Notes: generated by a model not told the origin, from the letters alone. Counted from the first letter of the stretch, positions 38,322-51,610 are shown. The stretch is DNA of 64,000 bases from Octopus sinensis (GCF_006345805.1 NC_043022.1:5642001-5706000), one strand, 5' to 3'. Made by a program: numbers and translations.

Positions 38322-40258
38322 AAGACTTTCTGAATAACATGGCCTACCAAAAAAATTACTTGGAATTTTTTTTGAGTAGTGGAACTGACTTGATGAGGAT
38401 TCATCTCTCATGTGGGCCCCTTCTTGGAAAAGGTTACCCATGCCTGGGCTAGAAATGTTGGTATACAGAGCAACAAAGTCTTGTCAGATGTAGAAACAGT
38501 TCTTTTATTATGAGTCACAGTTTGCCTGTGTACGGAACCAGTTGCCATTCAGGACTCTAAGTACTTTCTGATTCTGAAGAGGAAAAAGGAAAACTAGTGT
38601 TTGGGGCAGAGTTTTTTGCTGTTATAAAATGCGGGATCAACAGGAGAGAAGAACAGGGATTGTTAAACTCCCCACTTCTGCCCATTAGGATTTGCTGTTA
38701 CATTAAGGGTTTGAATTTTGTATTGTCTAAGATCATGCAAGATGGAGGAATTGGTAAAATACTTTTTCCTTGATTGCACTAATTATATCTTTCTGCAGTT
38801 GAAAGAGACTCGACTAATACTGGCCAAGCCTCAATTCTTTAACTTACACAAAAAAAAGGCAAGTATACATATATTTCATCATGTTAAACCGTTAATTCAC
38901 ACACATTTCTTTCTCTCTCCATTTTTTTTTCCACCTATGATCTTCTATCAAAGGTCACAGGTTTGAAATGTCAAAGTCTTTTCTATTCTTCCCAAGTGTC
39001 AAACTAATACACCAGCTTGTTCTCTCACCTGATTTTGTCTTTTGATTTCTATACATATGAACTGCGTGTGTGTGCACACATGCATGTGCATATATATACA
39101 TACATACATACACATGTATACAAACACATATATATACACGCTCACACAAACATACATTATAAACACACATATATCACAAATATATGCACACACATTCACA
39201 CACAGCTATGCAAATGTGTATGTGTGCACGCGCGTGCGCATGTGTGCACGCGCACGCATGTGTGCATGCATGTGTGTGTATGTGTGTGTTTTATCATTTG
39301 ATTAAAGAAACCATTCTTACTTCGTTATTGAAAACCAAGTGACTAAATTGACAAACCCATCTAAACTACACCAAGACATGCAAAAATTATGATTTCTTTG
39401 CTGTCGTGGAAACAAAATATTTGCAGCTGATAGTTTACCTGGTGCCTTGGAGTATCTGCGAATCCCTTGCATGTATTCCATCGTTTGTGCTCACACCAAA
39501 AATCTTGCAAGTGTGTAGTGTCGAATCCTACAAACTGTTCGAGTGATACATCACCTGAACATCCTATTTCGATGGGTGGGACTTGCTGTCAGCTAAGCAA
39601 TCCCTTAATTAGATCACTCCACAAATTAAATAATGCCTTTTACTCAGGTGCAGATGAGAAACAACAGCTTCCGGCTTAGTGGTTGCTAAGGAAGATGCCT
39701 GACTGGTCAAATTAGCAGACAAAACATTACTAAATGACCAGTTGACGTTAATGGACTGATCGAAATAATTTTAGAATGCACAAATCAATTTATAGATTAA
39801 TGATAGTTTTTTTATGATCACTGTTAAATGTAGAAACCTGTTTACCAATGAAATCTTGTCCTTCCGTTGGGAGCTGAACAATGGATGTCCTTTCCTCAAG
39901 AGAAAACTGGAAATAAGCAGAAGTATTGAAAAGAAGAAGAGATTTCTATACAAAATACCAGAGGCTGCCAGTGTATATAACAACTTCAAGTTTATGGACA
40001 AGGCTTTCTCTCAATGAATATATTTCCAGGTTTATTTTGCTAGTTCCTCTCGTATTCATTCTTTATATTGAATAAAAGAATTGTTTCTACATCTGAGAAG
40101 ACTTTGTTGCTCTGTAAACCAACATTTCTAGCCCAGGCATGGGTAACCTTTTCCAAGAAGGGGCCCACATGAGAGATGAATCCTCATCAAGTCAGTTCCA
40201 CTACTCAAAAAAAATTCCAAGTAATTTTTTTGGGAGGCCATGTTATTCAGAAAGTCTT
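38322..40258. repeat. Long inverted repeat: 188-bp arms at 38322-38509 and 40071-40258
   Basis: The arms are reverse complements with about 4 substitutions; each contains a hAT-like terminus caggcatgggtaacc. Confidence 0.9.
39430..40030 (+). pseudogene. Possible decayed hAT (SPIN/GTF2IRD2-like) transposase C-terminal remnant
   Basis: Weak motifs IHHLNIL, LIRSLHKLNNAF, WELNNGCPFLKRKL and DKAFSQ(M)NI resemble hAT IT.HLN.L, LI..MY..I.AF, MELIELQC..LK.KF and CE.AFS.MN. By-eye similarity only. Confidence 0.3.
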
Positions 40259-40354
40259 TTGCGGCTGACCGAGAGAAGCAGTTAAAAACTGCCATCATGT
40301 TTTAATCAGTCCTTGTTGAGACCAGATATGATCTTGGTTTCTGAGGTGACAAAG

Positions 40355-40702
40355 GTAAAAGGTAAAGACCCCCTTCAGTCACGTATGACCATGGGATTGC
40401 ACCTAGAAGGTTCCCCTCCAAGGCCCAAGTCCAGGCAAGGTTGTTTACAAAAGACCAGCAGTTGCCCATGCCTATCAACCTCCCCTCTCCACGCCACCAA
40501 TGTTATCCAAGGGAAAGGCAAAGGGGCCGATACAGCTTGGCCCCAGTGATGTTGCAACTCATTTCTACAGCTGAGGGAACTGGAGCAATGTGAAATAAAG
40601 TGTCTTGCTCAAGAACACAACACACAACCCGGTCCAGGAATTGAACTCACTACCTCATGATTGTGGGCCCGGTACTCTAAGCACTGAGCCATGCACCTTC
40701 AC
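40355..40702 (-). mobile_element. tRNA-headed SINE (family E; partial copy at about 360-490)
   Basis: The minus strand shows A-box TGGCTCAGTG and B-box GAGTTCAATTCC, followed by cttgagcaagacactttatttcac. Confidence 0.8.
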
Positions 40703-41064
40703 AAGGTAATAAAGACAGATCATCTTATCAGAGTTAATTGTGTCCTAGGAGGAGAGGATGGAGAAGATGTAGTAGAAGAAGAGTGCAAGGTTCCAGGAGT
40801 TGGTGGGGCATTGTTTAAACCTTCCATTAACGTATTTATTTTCTGATTGCTCTTCTGATTTTTTACAATTAATTTTAAACATAACAAAGAATTTAGTAAA
40901 ATAACTTAGTCATCATTAAGTTAGTGTTAGGAACATAAAATTGTGACTAAGGTTTGGTGTAAGATTTGAATTCAGAACTTTTGGAAATAAGACATTTGTA
41001 CTACAGAGCCAGAGGCAGTTTCAGCCGGGTTGGTATCGAAAGAGTTAAGGAATGGATGGAGGAA

Positions 41065-41205
41065 GATCAAGTGGTATGCCAGTGGAGGTGGGTTGTCAAG
41101 GATTTGCAGGTTGTTCCATCAATATGGTATATGGTGCCCTGGGCATTACAGGAATAAACAAAGGAGCCATCAAGAGCAACATAGAGGTTGCTGAGGAAGC
41201 GTCTG
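41065..41205 (+). mobile_element. HERO/NeSL-type REL non-LTR retrotransposon C-terminal fragment
   Basis: PVEVGCQGFAGCS....ALGITG..KGAIK..EVAEEAS matches the PVEVGCRGF.G.S...LG..G...AI....EAAE.AS motif. Confidence 0.7.
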
Positions 41206-41349
41206 GACCAGCGTTTCTCAACTATTCTTTTACTTTTGGAGCTTTTGATTCCTACTTTATTCTACTGGACCCAATGTTTAACCTGTTAGCATTTAATCCA
41301 GGTATAAAATCAAAACAAATCAAAATAGATGAACATCAATGGAATTTGT

Positions 41350-41750
41350 ATCCTTGTGGTACCAGTGCCGGTGGCACACAAGAAAACCATCCGAACGTGG
41401 CCGTAGCCAGTACCGCATCGACTGGCCTCCGTGCTGTGGGCACGTAACAAACACCATCCGATCGTGGCCGTTCGCCAGCCTCGTCTGGCACCTGTGTCGG
41501 TGGCACATAAAAAACACCATCCGAGCGTGGCCGTCTGCCAGCCTCGTCTGGCACCTGTGTCGGTGGCACATAAAATCACCCACTACACTCTCGGAGTGGT
41601 TGGCATTAGGAAGGGCATCCAGCTGTAGAAACACTGCCAGATCTGACTGGCCTGGTGCAGCCTTCAGGCTTCCCAGACCCCAGTTGAACCATCCAACCCA
41701 TGCTAGCATGGAAAGCGGACGTTAAATGATGATGATGATGATGATGATGA
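41350..41750 (+). mobile_element. SINE-D with three internal ~63-bp repeats
   Basis: Unit ggtggcacataaaaaacaccatccgagcgtggccgtctgccagcctcgtctggcacctgtgtc; (GAT)n tail. Confidence 0.85.
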
Positions 41751-42401
41751 TATCCAGCCAAAATATTTTACGTGTTTAATGCTCAAAAGGGCCAAATCCA
41801 GTCTCATTCACCTACCCTATAAAGTCATACTAAAAGTAAACAGTCACATCACAAAAATCTCAAAGTCAGGTGATAATCCATAATTAATTCAAAAGAATGA
41901 TTAAATAAGGATTACATTTGAAAATGATTTGAATGCTAAAGGTTTAAAAAATCCCATCATATTTTTGTAATTAAATAATTAATCACATGGTTTCCCGGTT
42001 CAGTCCCACTGCATGGCACCTTGGGCCTCGGACTGACTGAAGCCTTGTAAGTGGATTTAGTAGATAGAAACTGAAAGAAACCCATCATGTGTGTGTGGGT
42101 GTATCTTTGTGTCTGTTTGTCCACCCCACTACTGCTTTACAAATGGTGATTCCTGTAACTTCAACAGAAAGGTCCGAAAGAATAAGTACCAGGCTTAAAA
42201 AAAAAGGGTATTGGGGATCGATTCATTCAACTAAAAATTCATCAAGGCAGTGCTCCAGCATGGCCACTGTCTAATTACTGAAGCATGTAAAAGATAAAAG
42301 ATATGTTGAGGTATTGCTTTCATAGATATGGGCAGAACTCTGATGTGTTCCCTGCATATTTTATAGGGTTTGTCAAAATAGGTGTAACTGTTATATATTA
42401 A

Positions 42402-42651
42402 CCCTTTCAACCCGGAATTTTTTCTCAAGAATTTTTTTCCCAAGTTAGTAAGGGTGTGGGGTTTGTATGCATGCAAGCCTTTTGAGCTGTCATTATAGTG
42501 TCACACACTCCGATCATACGTCTGGCACTAAATACTTACCAGAAAAACCGGAGCAGTACTATACTGCATCACATAGAGAATGGGAATTTTAAAGATATGG
42601 TTTGTAAAATTTTTTAACTGGTACAAATATATATCAGCTGGGCCGAAAGGG
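42402..42651. mobile_element. piggyBac-type MITE
   Basis: TTAA on both sides (42398-42401, 42652-42655); imperfect TIR CCCTTTC..CCC. Confidence 0.8.
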
Positions 42652-44298
42652 TTAAGGTAGAATTGCCAAACTGGAATGTCAAGACAACCTTAAGATACAA
42701 CAGAGATTGTAATTTAAATATGACCATTTTAATATCGGCAGTCTGAGGGATGTTAGTATTAAAATGCTAAAAACAATATTTAACCCTTTTGTTACCATAT
42801 TTCTGTTAATATACGCTGCTTTTGTCCCAATTAATTTTGAAAATAATGAGGAATTAATTAAAATAAATTTGGTGTTTGGAACCTAAATTAACAAGAAAAT
42901 TTTGAAGGAAAGTTTTAATTTTGATCACTTTAATTCTTTTGATACCATATTTCTGTTGAAATTACAGGGCCTCTGTTTCAATTACTTTTTAAAATAATGA
43001 AGAATTTCGTAAAATAACCTTGTCCTTATTTAATTAGTGTCTGAAACATTAATTACTCTTCATCATAAATTACTCTTCTGTGATCACAACGCTTGGCAAT
43101 TTGCTGTGTTTGGGAAAACTCGTTAAGCTAAGTGAAGTCCTGGTTGTTACTGGTACCAGTGGCACATCACAGCATCCATGCTGATAACACGTAAAAGGCA
43201 CCCACTATACTCTCGGAGTGGTTGGCATTAGGAAGGTCATCCAGCTGTAGAAACAAAGGCAAATTCAGACTTGAACCTGGTGTAGCTTTCTGATTTACTA
43301 GTTCCAGTCAAGCCATCCAACCCATGCCAGCATGGAAAGCAGACGTTAAATGATAATGGTGATGATGATGATGATGATGATGATGATGACGATGATGATT
43401 TATGTTAAAATACACTGCTTTTGTTTCAATTAATTTTGAAAATAACGAAGAATTAATTAACAGGATTCAGCACAGATTTTTGTCAGTGAACAGGTCGCGG
43501 TCTTAAAGCGAGGAAAATGTTTTGACAAATTAAACTTAAATTGTTGAAGTGAATCGAACTGCTTTTGTGTGTTTCTTAAATGGCTTACAAACACCTCTCA
43601 CGCTGCAATTGTTTTCATTTCAGCACACAATCTCAGATCAAATCACTTGCTATGCAAGTACATTTCCGAAGAATTAATTAAAATAAATTTGTCATTATTA
43701 ATCTGGTGTTTCAATTAATTATTGGTCCTTATGAAGTTGGTTAATCGAACATAAACAAACAAGTAGTTTTGGAGGAAGGGTTTAATTTGGATCACTTGAA
43801 ACTATGAAACTTCTATGACAGACTTGGGGACAGTCTCAGATGAGTTGGTATTTAAAGGGCTAACAGAAAAAAAGAATCAGATGAAAGGAAACCTCACAAA
43901 TCAACAGAGATTGAACCTACTTCCTGCATGTTTCTGCATGTAGTTGAATGAAATGAGAGAGAGAGAGAGAGAGAGAGATGAGTGAGTAAGAAGAGATATG
44001 AAGACTGATAAAGGAGGTGAAGTGGAAATGGTAATGAAGACAAGTGAAATGGAAGAGTAAAGAGAGATGAGTGAAGAGGTCAAATGAATGATGACAGATG
44101 AGTGAGGCAGTAAAAAAAAATATCCTGACAACAAACAGGTGAGTAAAGTGGTTGATGTGATGACAGAACAATGACTGACAGGATGATGACAGACAGGTGT
44201 GAGAAGTACCGACAGGTGAGGTGAGTGAAGTGGCGAAGGTTCTGAAATCAAACAGATGAGTGAAAATATTTCTCCATTAATATATATATATATATATA

Positions 44299-44708
44299 GG
44301 CGTAGGAGTGGCTGTGTGGTAAGTAGCTTGTTTACCAACCACATGGTTCCGGGTTCAGTCCCACTGCGTGGCACCTTGGGCAGGTGTCTTCTACTATAGC
44401 CTCGGGCCAACCAAAGCCTTGTGAGTGGATTTGGTAGACGGAAACTGAAAGAAGCCCGTCATATATATGTATATATATATGTGTGTGTGTTTGTGTGAGT
44501 GTGTTTGTCCCCCTAGCATTGCTTGACAACCGATGCTGGTGTGTTTATGTCCCCGTTACTTAGCGGTTCGGCAAAAGAGACCGACAGAATAAGTACTGGG
44601 CTTACAAAAGAATAAGTCCCGGGGTCGAGTTGCTCAATTAAAGGCGGTGCTCCAGCATGGCCACAGTCAAATGACTGAAACAAGTAAAAGAGTAAAGAGT
44701 AAAAGAGT
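44299..44708 (+). mobile_element. SINE-A, young full-length copy
   Basis: Complete head and (GTAAAAGA)3 tail. Confidence 0.9.
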
Positions 44709-45149
44709 ATATATATATATATATATTTAAAAATTTAAATAAGTTATCATTATCTATAAGAATAATGATAAAGTGATCAGCAAACATTATTCAAATAAGC
44801 AAAATATATAAATATAAAAAGTTAGGGTACGATAAGTACCTATTTGCTAGAAAGAATAGTTAAAATCCTCCAAAACCACGCATCTCTCACTACATGTAAA
44901 CACACAAGGAGAATATAGCAAATATATTTCTCCGAAACAGTCCTCTCACTTGTAAGATACATTTAGTAAAATACAAATAAGATTTGGCTGACGAGCTTTA
45001 AGTATTGGTTCAACACAGAGAGAGAAATCAATTGATACCAGAATGTCTGTGAGCTTATTTCTGTTTTACTAGCTGTACCTTACAAGTGGAAGGACCGTTT
45101 TGGAGAAATATATTTTCTATATTCCTGGTGCATGTTTACATATAGTGAG

Positions 45150-45540
45150 AGATATGCGTGGTTTGGGAGGGTTTTGAGAGGCGGTTGGATGAAACCTACA
45201 CTCGCCTCCTTATGAGAGCTCAAAATCTCTCGTGGAAGCGCCATCCAACCAAAATGCAAATATATGGGAAACTACCACCTGTGTCATCTCTTGTGAAAGG
45301 TAGGAGAGTCCAGTTTGCTGGACATTGTTGTAGAGCTGAAAACGAGGCAATTTCTACTCTTCTCCTCTGGAAGCCATCTACTTGCAATACCAGAGGACGC
45401 ACACTCTCCTACCCTGATGTAATCTCCAGGGATACAGGCATCCAGCAACAGGACCTCCGTAATGCCATGATGGACCGTGAAGTCTGGCGTAGCATGGTAA
45501 ATTCCATTGTCTCAACCACGGTCGAACAATAATGATGATG
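45150..45540 (+). mobile_element. RTE-clade LINE 3' end (second RTE family)
   Basis: ERRLDETYTRLLMRAQNLSWK.HPT...YGKLPPVS..V..RR.QFAGHC.R....LLLWKP....RGR.L.Y.D..SRDTG....DL...MMDR.VWR; GAT tail. Confidence 0.85.
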
Positions 45541-45794
45541 AACTCCAAAATTTTTTAATCCAAAATTTCATTTTCGAAGTTATGGCAGCAACTGTCTTCG
45601 AAGATTCATATTGTCGTTGAATGCTCAAAATGAGGAGTAAATAGACAGCCAACAACTGATGAAGGGTCGTTCTTTGTGTTACTTGTCCAGTTTTCCATTT
45701 ATTTCTCTCATTGTTTGTGTATTCAACTCGTTTGTTTTCTAACTTCATGTTGTTTACAGTTGGTGACGTCCTGTACCTCTATATGCATGCATGC

Positions 45795-45825
<31 letters not shown>

Positions 45826-45899
45826 TACACACACACATATGACCGCTAGCTCCGAAAGCTTTTTTATTCTCTCTCTGTTTATTTCCTGGTGTTCCATTC

Positions 45900-45900
45900 T

Positions 45901-45932
<32 letters not shown>

Positions 45933-46240
45933 ATTTGGCTCAAAAGCAAATAGCAAGGCCATGTAGGGGGACATGGAGTTAAGTACAGGGTGGTCTTCAT
46001 GTAAAGAGTTTAGGCCACTTGAGGTCAAGGGAGGCTTTGAACAAAGCGGTCGTCGGCATCTTCACCATCTCGTCTGGCAGCTTGTTCCACGGATCCGCAA
46101 CCCGGACAGAGAAAGCTCCTCTCCTTCGATTGAGATGAAATCGTCGCAGGTAGAGCTTTTCGGAATGACCCCGCAGCCGACGCTCTGGAGCAGGAGTGAA
46201 GAACAGCTCTTTCAAGAGGTTACACTTTCTGCTTATGATG
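45900..46240 (-). mobile_element. CR1-clade LINE 3' end with (TAAC)n tail
   Basis: RLRGHSEKLYLRRFHLNRRRGAFSVRVADPWNKLPDEMV...ALFKASLD; tail at 45900-45932. Confidence 0.85.
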
Positions 46241-46355
46241 TTGAAGAGCATAGGCTCGAAACATAAAAGATTTTCTCACCTTCCTGAGTATTAAACTAAT
46301 ACACCTGTTTGTTTTTATACACCTGTCTCCGTCTTTTGTTTCTCTGTAAATTTCA

Positions 46356-46395
<40 letters not shown>

Positions 46396-46859
46396 CGTGC
46401 GTGCATGCGTGCGTGCGTGCGTGTGTGCATGATGAGCTTCTTTCAGTTTCCGTCTACCAAATCCACTCACAAGACTTTGGCTAACCCAAAGCTATAGTAA
46501 AAGATACTTGCCCAAGGTGCCACACAGCAGGACTGAACCCAGAACCATGTGGTTGGGAAGCAAGCTCCTTACCACACAGCCACTCCTGTGCTCATGTTTC
46601 TGTATATATAAATATATCAATCCCTATCTGTGTTTATGTTTTCCCTGTATAAAAGCCAGGGCTGTTTATGTGCTGTCCTTTTATTTTCTGGAAACTGAGC
46701 AGTTTGACTAAAATAACTACTAGACGGATGGTGGTGGTGTTTACATGATCCCCAGTACTGCTGAGGTAAGATGGAGCCCAGATGCCCATCATGGTTACAG
46801 TCAGGTGACTGGCATCGGGGGGGGGGTAAAAAAAAGAGTAAAAGAACAAAAGCTGAAAA

Positions 46860-48050
46860 ACATATCAATGGATGATTGTGGTGGTGGTGGTGGTGGTGGT
46901 GGTGATACTGATGATGATGATGATGGTAGTGGTGGTGGTGGTTGAAGTGTTGGGAGTGATGATGATGATGATGAAGATGAGGATGATGATGGTTGTGGAG
47001 TTGATGGTGGTGGTGGTGGTGAAACATGATGATGATGATGGTGGTGGTGGTGGAAGTGATGGGAGTGATGATGATGATGGTGGTGGTGGTGGTGGTGAAA
47101 CATGATGATGATGATGATGATGGCAGTGATGGTGGTAGTGGGAGTGATGATGAGGAGTGATGATGAGGAGTTTGATGATGACAATGGTGGTAATGATGGT
47201 AGTGGCAGTGATGATGAGGATAGTGATGAAGATGATGGTGGTGGCAATGGTAGTGGCAATGATGATGTTCATGGTGGTGGTGGTGGTGATACTGATGATG
47301 TTAACGGTGATGTTGATGATGATGACGACGACGATGGATAGAGATGATGGTTATGAAGTGGTGGTGATTATGAATATATGATGATGATGATGATGATGGT
47401 GATGATGGTGGCAGTGGCGGTGGTGGTAGTGATGATGATGATGATGATGACGACGATGGATAGAGATGATAGTTATGAAGCAGTGGTGATTATGAATATA
47501 TGATGATGATGATGATGATGGTGATGATGGTGGCAGTGGCGGTGGTGGTAGCGATGATGATGATGATGATGACGACGATGGATAGAGATGATAGTTATGA
47601 AGTGGTGGTGATTATGAATATATGATGATGATGATGATGATGGTGATGATGGTGGCAGTGGCGGTGGTGGTAGTGTGATGATGATGATGATGACGGATGA
47701 TAGAGATGATAGTTATGAAGTGGTGGTGATTATGAATATATGATGATGATGATGATGAGGTATGATGGTGGCAGTGGCGGTGGTGGTAGTGATGATGATG
47801 ATGATGATGATGACGACGATGGATAGAGATGAGTTATGAAGCAGTGGTGATTATGAATATATGATGATGATGATGATGATGTGATGATGGTGGCAGTGGC
47901 GGTGGTGGTAGCGATGATGATGATGATGATGACGACGATGGATAGAGATGATAGTTATGAAGCAGTGGTGATTATGAATATATGATGATGATGATGATGA
48001 TGGTGATGATGGTGGCAATGGCGGTAGCGATGATGATGATGATGATGACA
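46860..48050. repeat. (GAT/GGT) array grading into a ~120-bp minisatellite (6 copies from 47333)
   Basis: Unit gatggatagagatgatagttatgaagtggtggtgattatgaatatat..ggtggcagtggcggtggtggtag recurs about every 120 bp. Confidence 0.9.
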
Positions 48051-48360
48051 ATTTACGATGATGGTAGTCCTGTTGATGATAAACAGATGACAATGACGTG
48101 CACACTTGGTAAGTAAAGATGACAGCAACAGGAGGAAAAGAAAATTTATAAATTTAAAAAGAAAAAAAAAAAAAAAAACGGATAAATGAACAAATAAAAA
48201 CAAACAAACAATATCACGTTTCTCATTTCTGAGATTATTCTCAACAAAATTCATATCTGGAATAGCGTTATCGCATTTAAAGAAAATACTATAAGATTAA
48301 GTGCATGTGTGTGTGTGTGTGTATGCACACACGTGCATGTGCGTGTGTGAGTCTATGTAC

Positions 48361-48393
<33 letters not shown>

Positions 48394-48578
48394 TGTGAGT
48401 GAGTGTGTAAATGTAACTTTGTGTGTATATATATGTGGTGTGTGTGTGTGTGTGTGTGTATGCGCGCACATGCATGTGCGTGTGTGAGTCTATGTACGTG
48501 TGTGTGTGTGAGTGAGTGTATAAATGTAACTGTGTGTATATATATATATGTGTGTGTGTGTGTAAATGTAACTGTGTG

Positions 48579-48611
<33 letters not shown>

Positions 48612-48622
48612 AAATGTAACTT

Positions 48623-48686
<64 letters not shown>

Positions 48687-49252
48687 GTGTGTGTGTGTGT
48701 GTGCATGCACATATGTGTATATACTTGTGAGTGTACATGTATATATACCTGAGTGTGCCTGGATATGTGTGTGCGTGTGTGTGCATGTGAGCGTAAGCAA
48801 ACATATACTGGTACACGCAAACACACACACATTCTCTTACAAATATATTGAATCTTCTTTCCATACGGTATCATGTTGCTACTTGCTTATTTCAAGTTTG
48901 TTTCTTATTTACATTTACACATTACATACATACATGTAGATACATGCATACATGCACACATACATACATGAGTGTGTATGCATGTGTGTGTGTGTGTCTG
49001 TATTGATGTCCAGAGATGAGGACAATGAGTATAGCGCAGACAACACACCTAAATGGTCAACAGTTTGTTGTATTCCAGTTGTGGTGTTGTGCTGTGTCAA
49101 TCAATGGTCAACAAAGAAACATACTCAGACCTCAACGATCCACTCCATCTGGATGGAGTCAGAAACTCAGAGACTGACTCAAACAAAATGAAATATCGTT
49201 AACCTCTACCGTAGTATTGAGTACTCCTTTTTATCCAGTCATTAGCACTAAA

Positions 49253-49303
<51 letters not shown>

Positions 49304-49304
49304 G

Positions 49305-49745
49305 TGGCCCCCGTGCCGGTGGCACGTAAAAAGCACCATCCGTCCGTGGCCGTTTGCCAGCTCCGTCTGGCACCTGTGCGGGTGGCACGTAAAAAGCACC
49401 CACTACACTCACAGAGTGGTTGGCGTTAGGAAGGGCATCCAGCCGTAGAAACACTGCCAGATCAGACTGGGCCTGGTGCAGCCTTCTGGCTTCACAGACC
49501 CCAGTTGAACCGTCCAACCCATGCTAGCATGGAAAGCGGACGCTAAACGATGATGATGATGATATCAATCATCATTTAGCACCTGCTTTCCATGCTGGCA
49601 TGGGTTGGACGGTTTGACTGAAACAAGTAAGCTGGAGAGCTGTGTCAGGTTCCAGTCTCATTTGGTGTGGTTTCTACAGCTGGATGCCTTTCCTAATGCC
49701 AACCACTCCAAGAGTGTAATAGGTTCTTTTTACGTGCCACACCGG
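49305..49745. mobile_element. Two SINE-D copies tail-to-tail (49305-49565 +, 49575-49745 -)
   Basis: Family bodies on opposite strands sharing a GAT/CAT junction. Confidence 0.8.
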
Positions 49746-49774
49746 TATTGGCCACAAATCTTCTCAAGTACAGC

Positions 49775-51610
49775 TTATCACCAAAGTTCTTGGTCACTTG
49801 TCATTGTCTTCATGTGGCCCAACATTCGCAGATCATGCTTCACCACCTCATCCCATGTCTTCCTGGGTCTACTTCTTCAACAGGTTCTCTCCACAGTTAG
49901 AGCTGTCTTCACCAGATAACCATAACAACGCTGTCATCTCTCTTGCACCCCGCCTCTAATTGCCAAATTTTTCTCTCAAGATGCTTACATCATCATCATC
50001 ATCATCATCGTTTAACGTCCGTTCTCCATGCTAGCATGGGTTGGATGGTTCGACCGGGGATCTGGGAAGCCAGAAGGCTGCACCAGGCTCCAGCCTAATC
50101 TGGCAATGTTTCTTCAGCTGGATGCCCTTCCTAACGCCAACCACTCCGTGAGTGTAGTGATTGCTTTTTACGTGCCACCTGCACAGGTGCCAGGCGCTGG
50201 CATCGGCCACGAGTCGGATAGTGCTTTTTACGTACCACCAGACCAGGGATCCTGGCCGGTTCAATTCGATTTCGATTTCGCTTGCCCCAACATGTCTTCG
50301 CAAGCAACAATTACACACTGTCATATATACACACTGACATTGCACATCCAGCAAAGCATACAAACTTCATTTCTTTCAAACCTACGCATGTTCTCGTTGG
50401 TCACAGCCGGTGTTTCACTGCCATGTAGCATAGCTGTTCACACACAAGCATCATAAAGTCTACTTTTCACTCTGAGCAAGAGGCCCTTTGTTACCAGCAG
50501 AAGTAGGAGCTCCCTGAACTTTGCCCAGCTTATTCTTATTCTAACAGCTCTGCTCTCAGAAACATCCACCTCCACTACTGACTTGGTCACCTAAATTAGT
50601 GGTTCCCAAAGTGAGCGGTATTGCCCCCTGGGGGCAATGGAAAGTTCCAAAGGAGCACTGAAGAAAATTGAGGTGATAAAGGGGTAGTGATTCATGTAAT
50701 ATTGGGGCAATGACGGGGTAACAATTCATGTAAAAACAAACAAAATAATGGGTTCATTAGGTTAAGTTTTATTTGTTAAAATGCAGTTGCTTTGAATTTG
50801 CTTCAGAAAGAGGTCTGTGTTTGTGATGGTTTGTTGGAGTGGGGGTGCTAGGAATGTAGCCTGGATGTCAAGGGGGTAGCAGCCCCAAAAAGTATGGGAA
50901 CCACTAACCTAGATGACAGAAGCTATCGACTACCTCTCGCTTACTCTGCTGGCAGTTGATGGGGTCTATCTTGGGTGTTTATTGTACCTGTGCACCTTCC
51001 GCACACAAAGACCATTTTCTCAGTTAACCTTTCCCTGATATTGTTGCACCTCTTACGTGTTCATAGCTTACACCAGGCACATCTTATGGAGTTTCTACCT
51101 ACACCTTTTCTGCAGATCAAGCAGGGCCATATACCTGAAAAGATTGTGATTTGTCAGCTTTCCTACATACAAAGACTTTGGTTTTTGCAAGATTAATTCT
51201 AAGGCCCTTTGATTCTAGACCTTGCTTCCACACCTGAAAGTTCTTCTCTAATTCTGGAAGTGATTTGACTATGAGAACAAAGTCATTGGCATAGAGGAGT
51301 TCCCAAGGGCAGCCTATCTTAAATTCCTCTGTTATTACCTGGATGACTATGATGAACAAGAATGGGCTGAGGACTGATCCCTAATGAACCCCTACTTATA
51401 CCCTGAATTAATCACTATACTTATTGCCAACCCTCACCTTACTGACAACCCTCACTTTACACATCAACCACTCATCTATCCCTAGTTCCTGCATTGACCA
51501 CCAGATAAGGGAGTGAGAGACTCTGACAAAGGCTTTTTCCATGTCAACAAAAGCCAAGTACAGAAGTTTATTTTTGGTAAGGAATTTCTGCTGCCATGAA
51601 GGAGGCAGAC
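49775..51610 (-). mobile_element. Fragmented RTE LINE (RT domain through the 3' end) with nested SINE-D and hAT MITE
   Basis: FVDMEKAFVRV, GCPWELLYANDFVL..GLESKGLRINLAKTKV, CSICRKGVG.NSI, RLYDACV.TAMLHGSET and ..GRP.KTWDEVVKHDL appear in colinear order. Confidence 0.85.
50597..50906. mobile_element. hAT (Charlie-like) MITE
   Basis: TIRs tagtggttccca / tgggaaccacta; 8-bp TSD acctaaat/acctagat. Confidence 0.85.

Noticed and set aside
38135-38860. Plus-strand exon candidates (38135-38262, 38799-38860)
   Set aside because: The phases do not join without a stop and there is no homology; such splice-site pairs are expected by chance.
40640-40702. tRNA gene
   Set aside because: A and B boxes are present but continue into a SINE body; no acceptor stem or cloverleaf.
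41339-41725. CRISPR-like array suggested by the ~60-bp internal repeats of SINE-D
   Set aside because: The repeats are contiguous tandem units without unique spacers, in a eukaryotic context with no cas genes.
45840-45870. ctccGAAAGCTT as a hammerhead half
   Set aside because: The CTGANGA core and stem II are missing; at most a truncated remnant.
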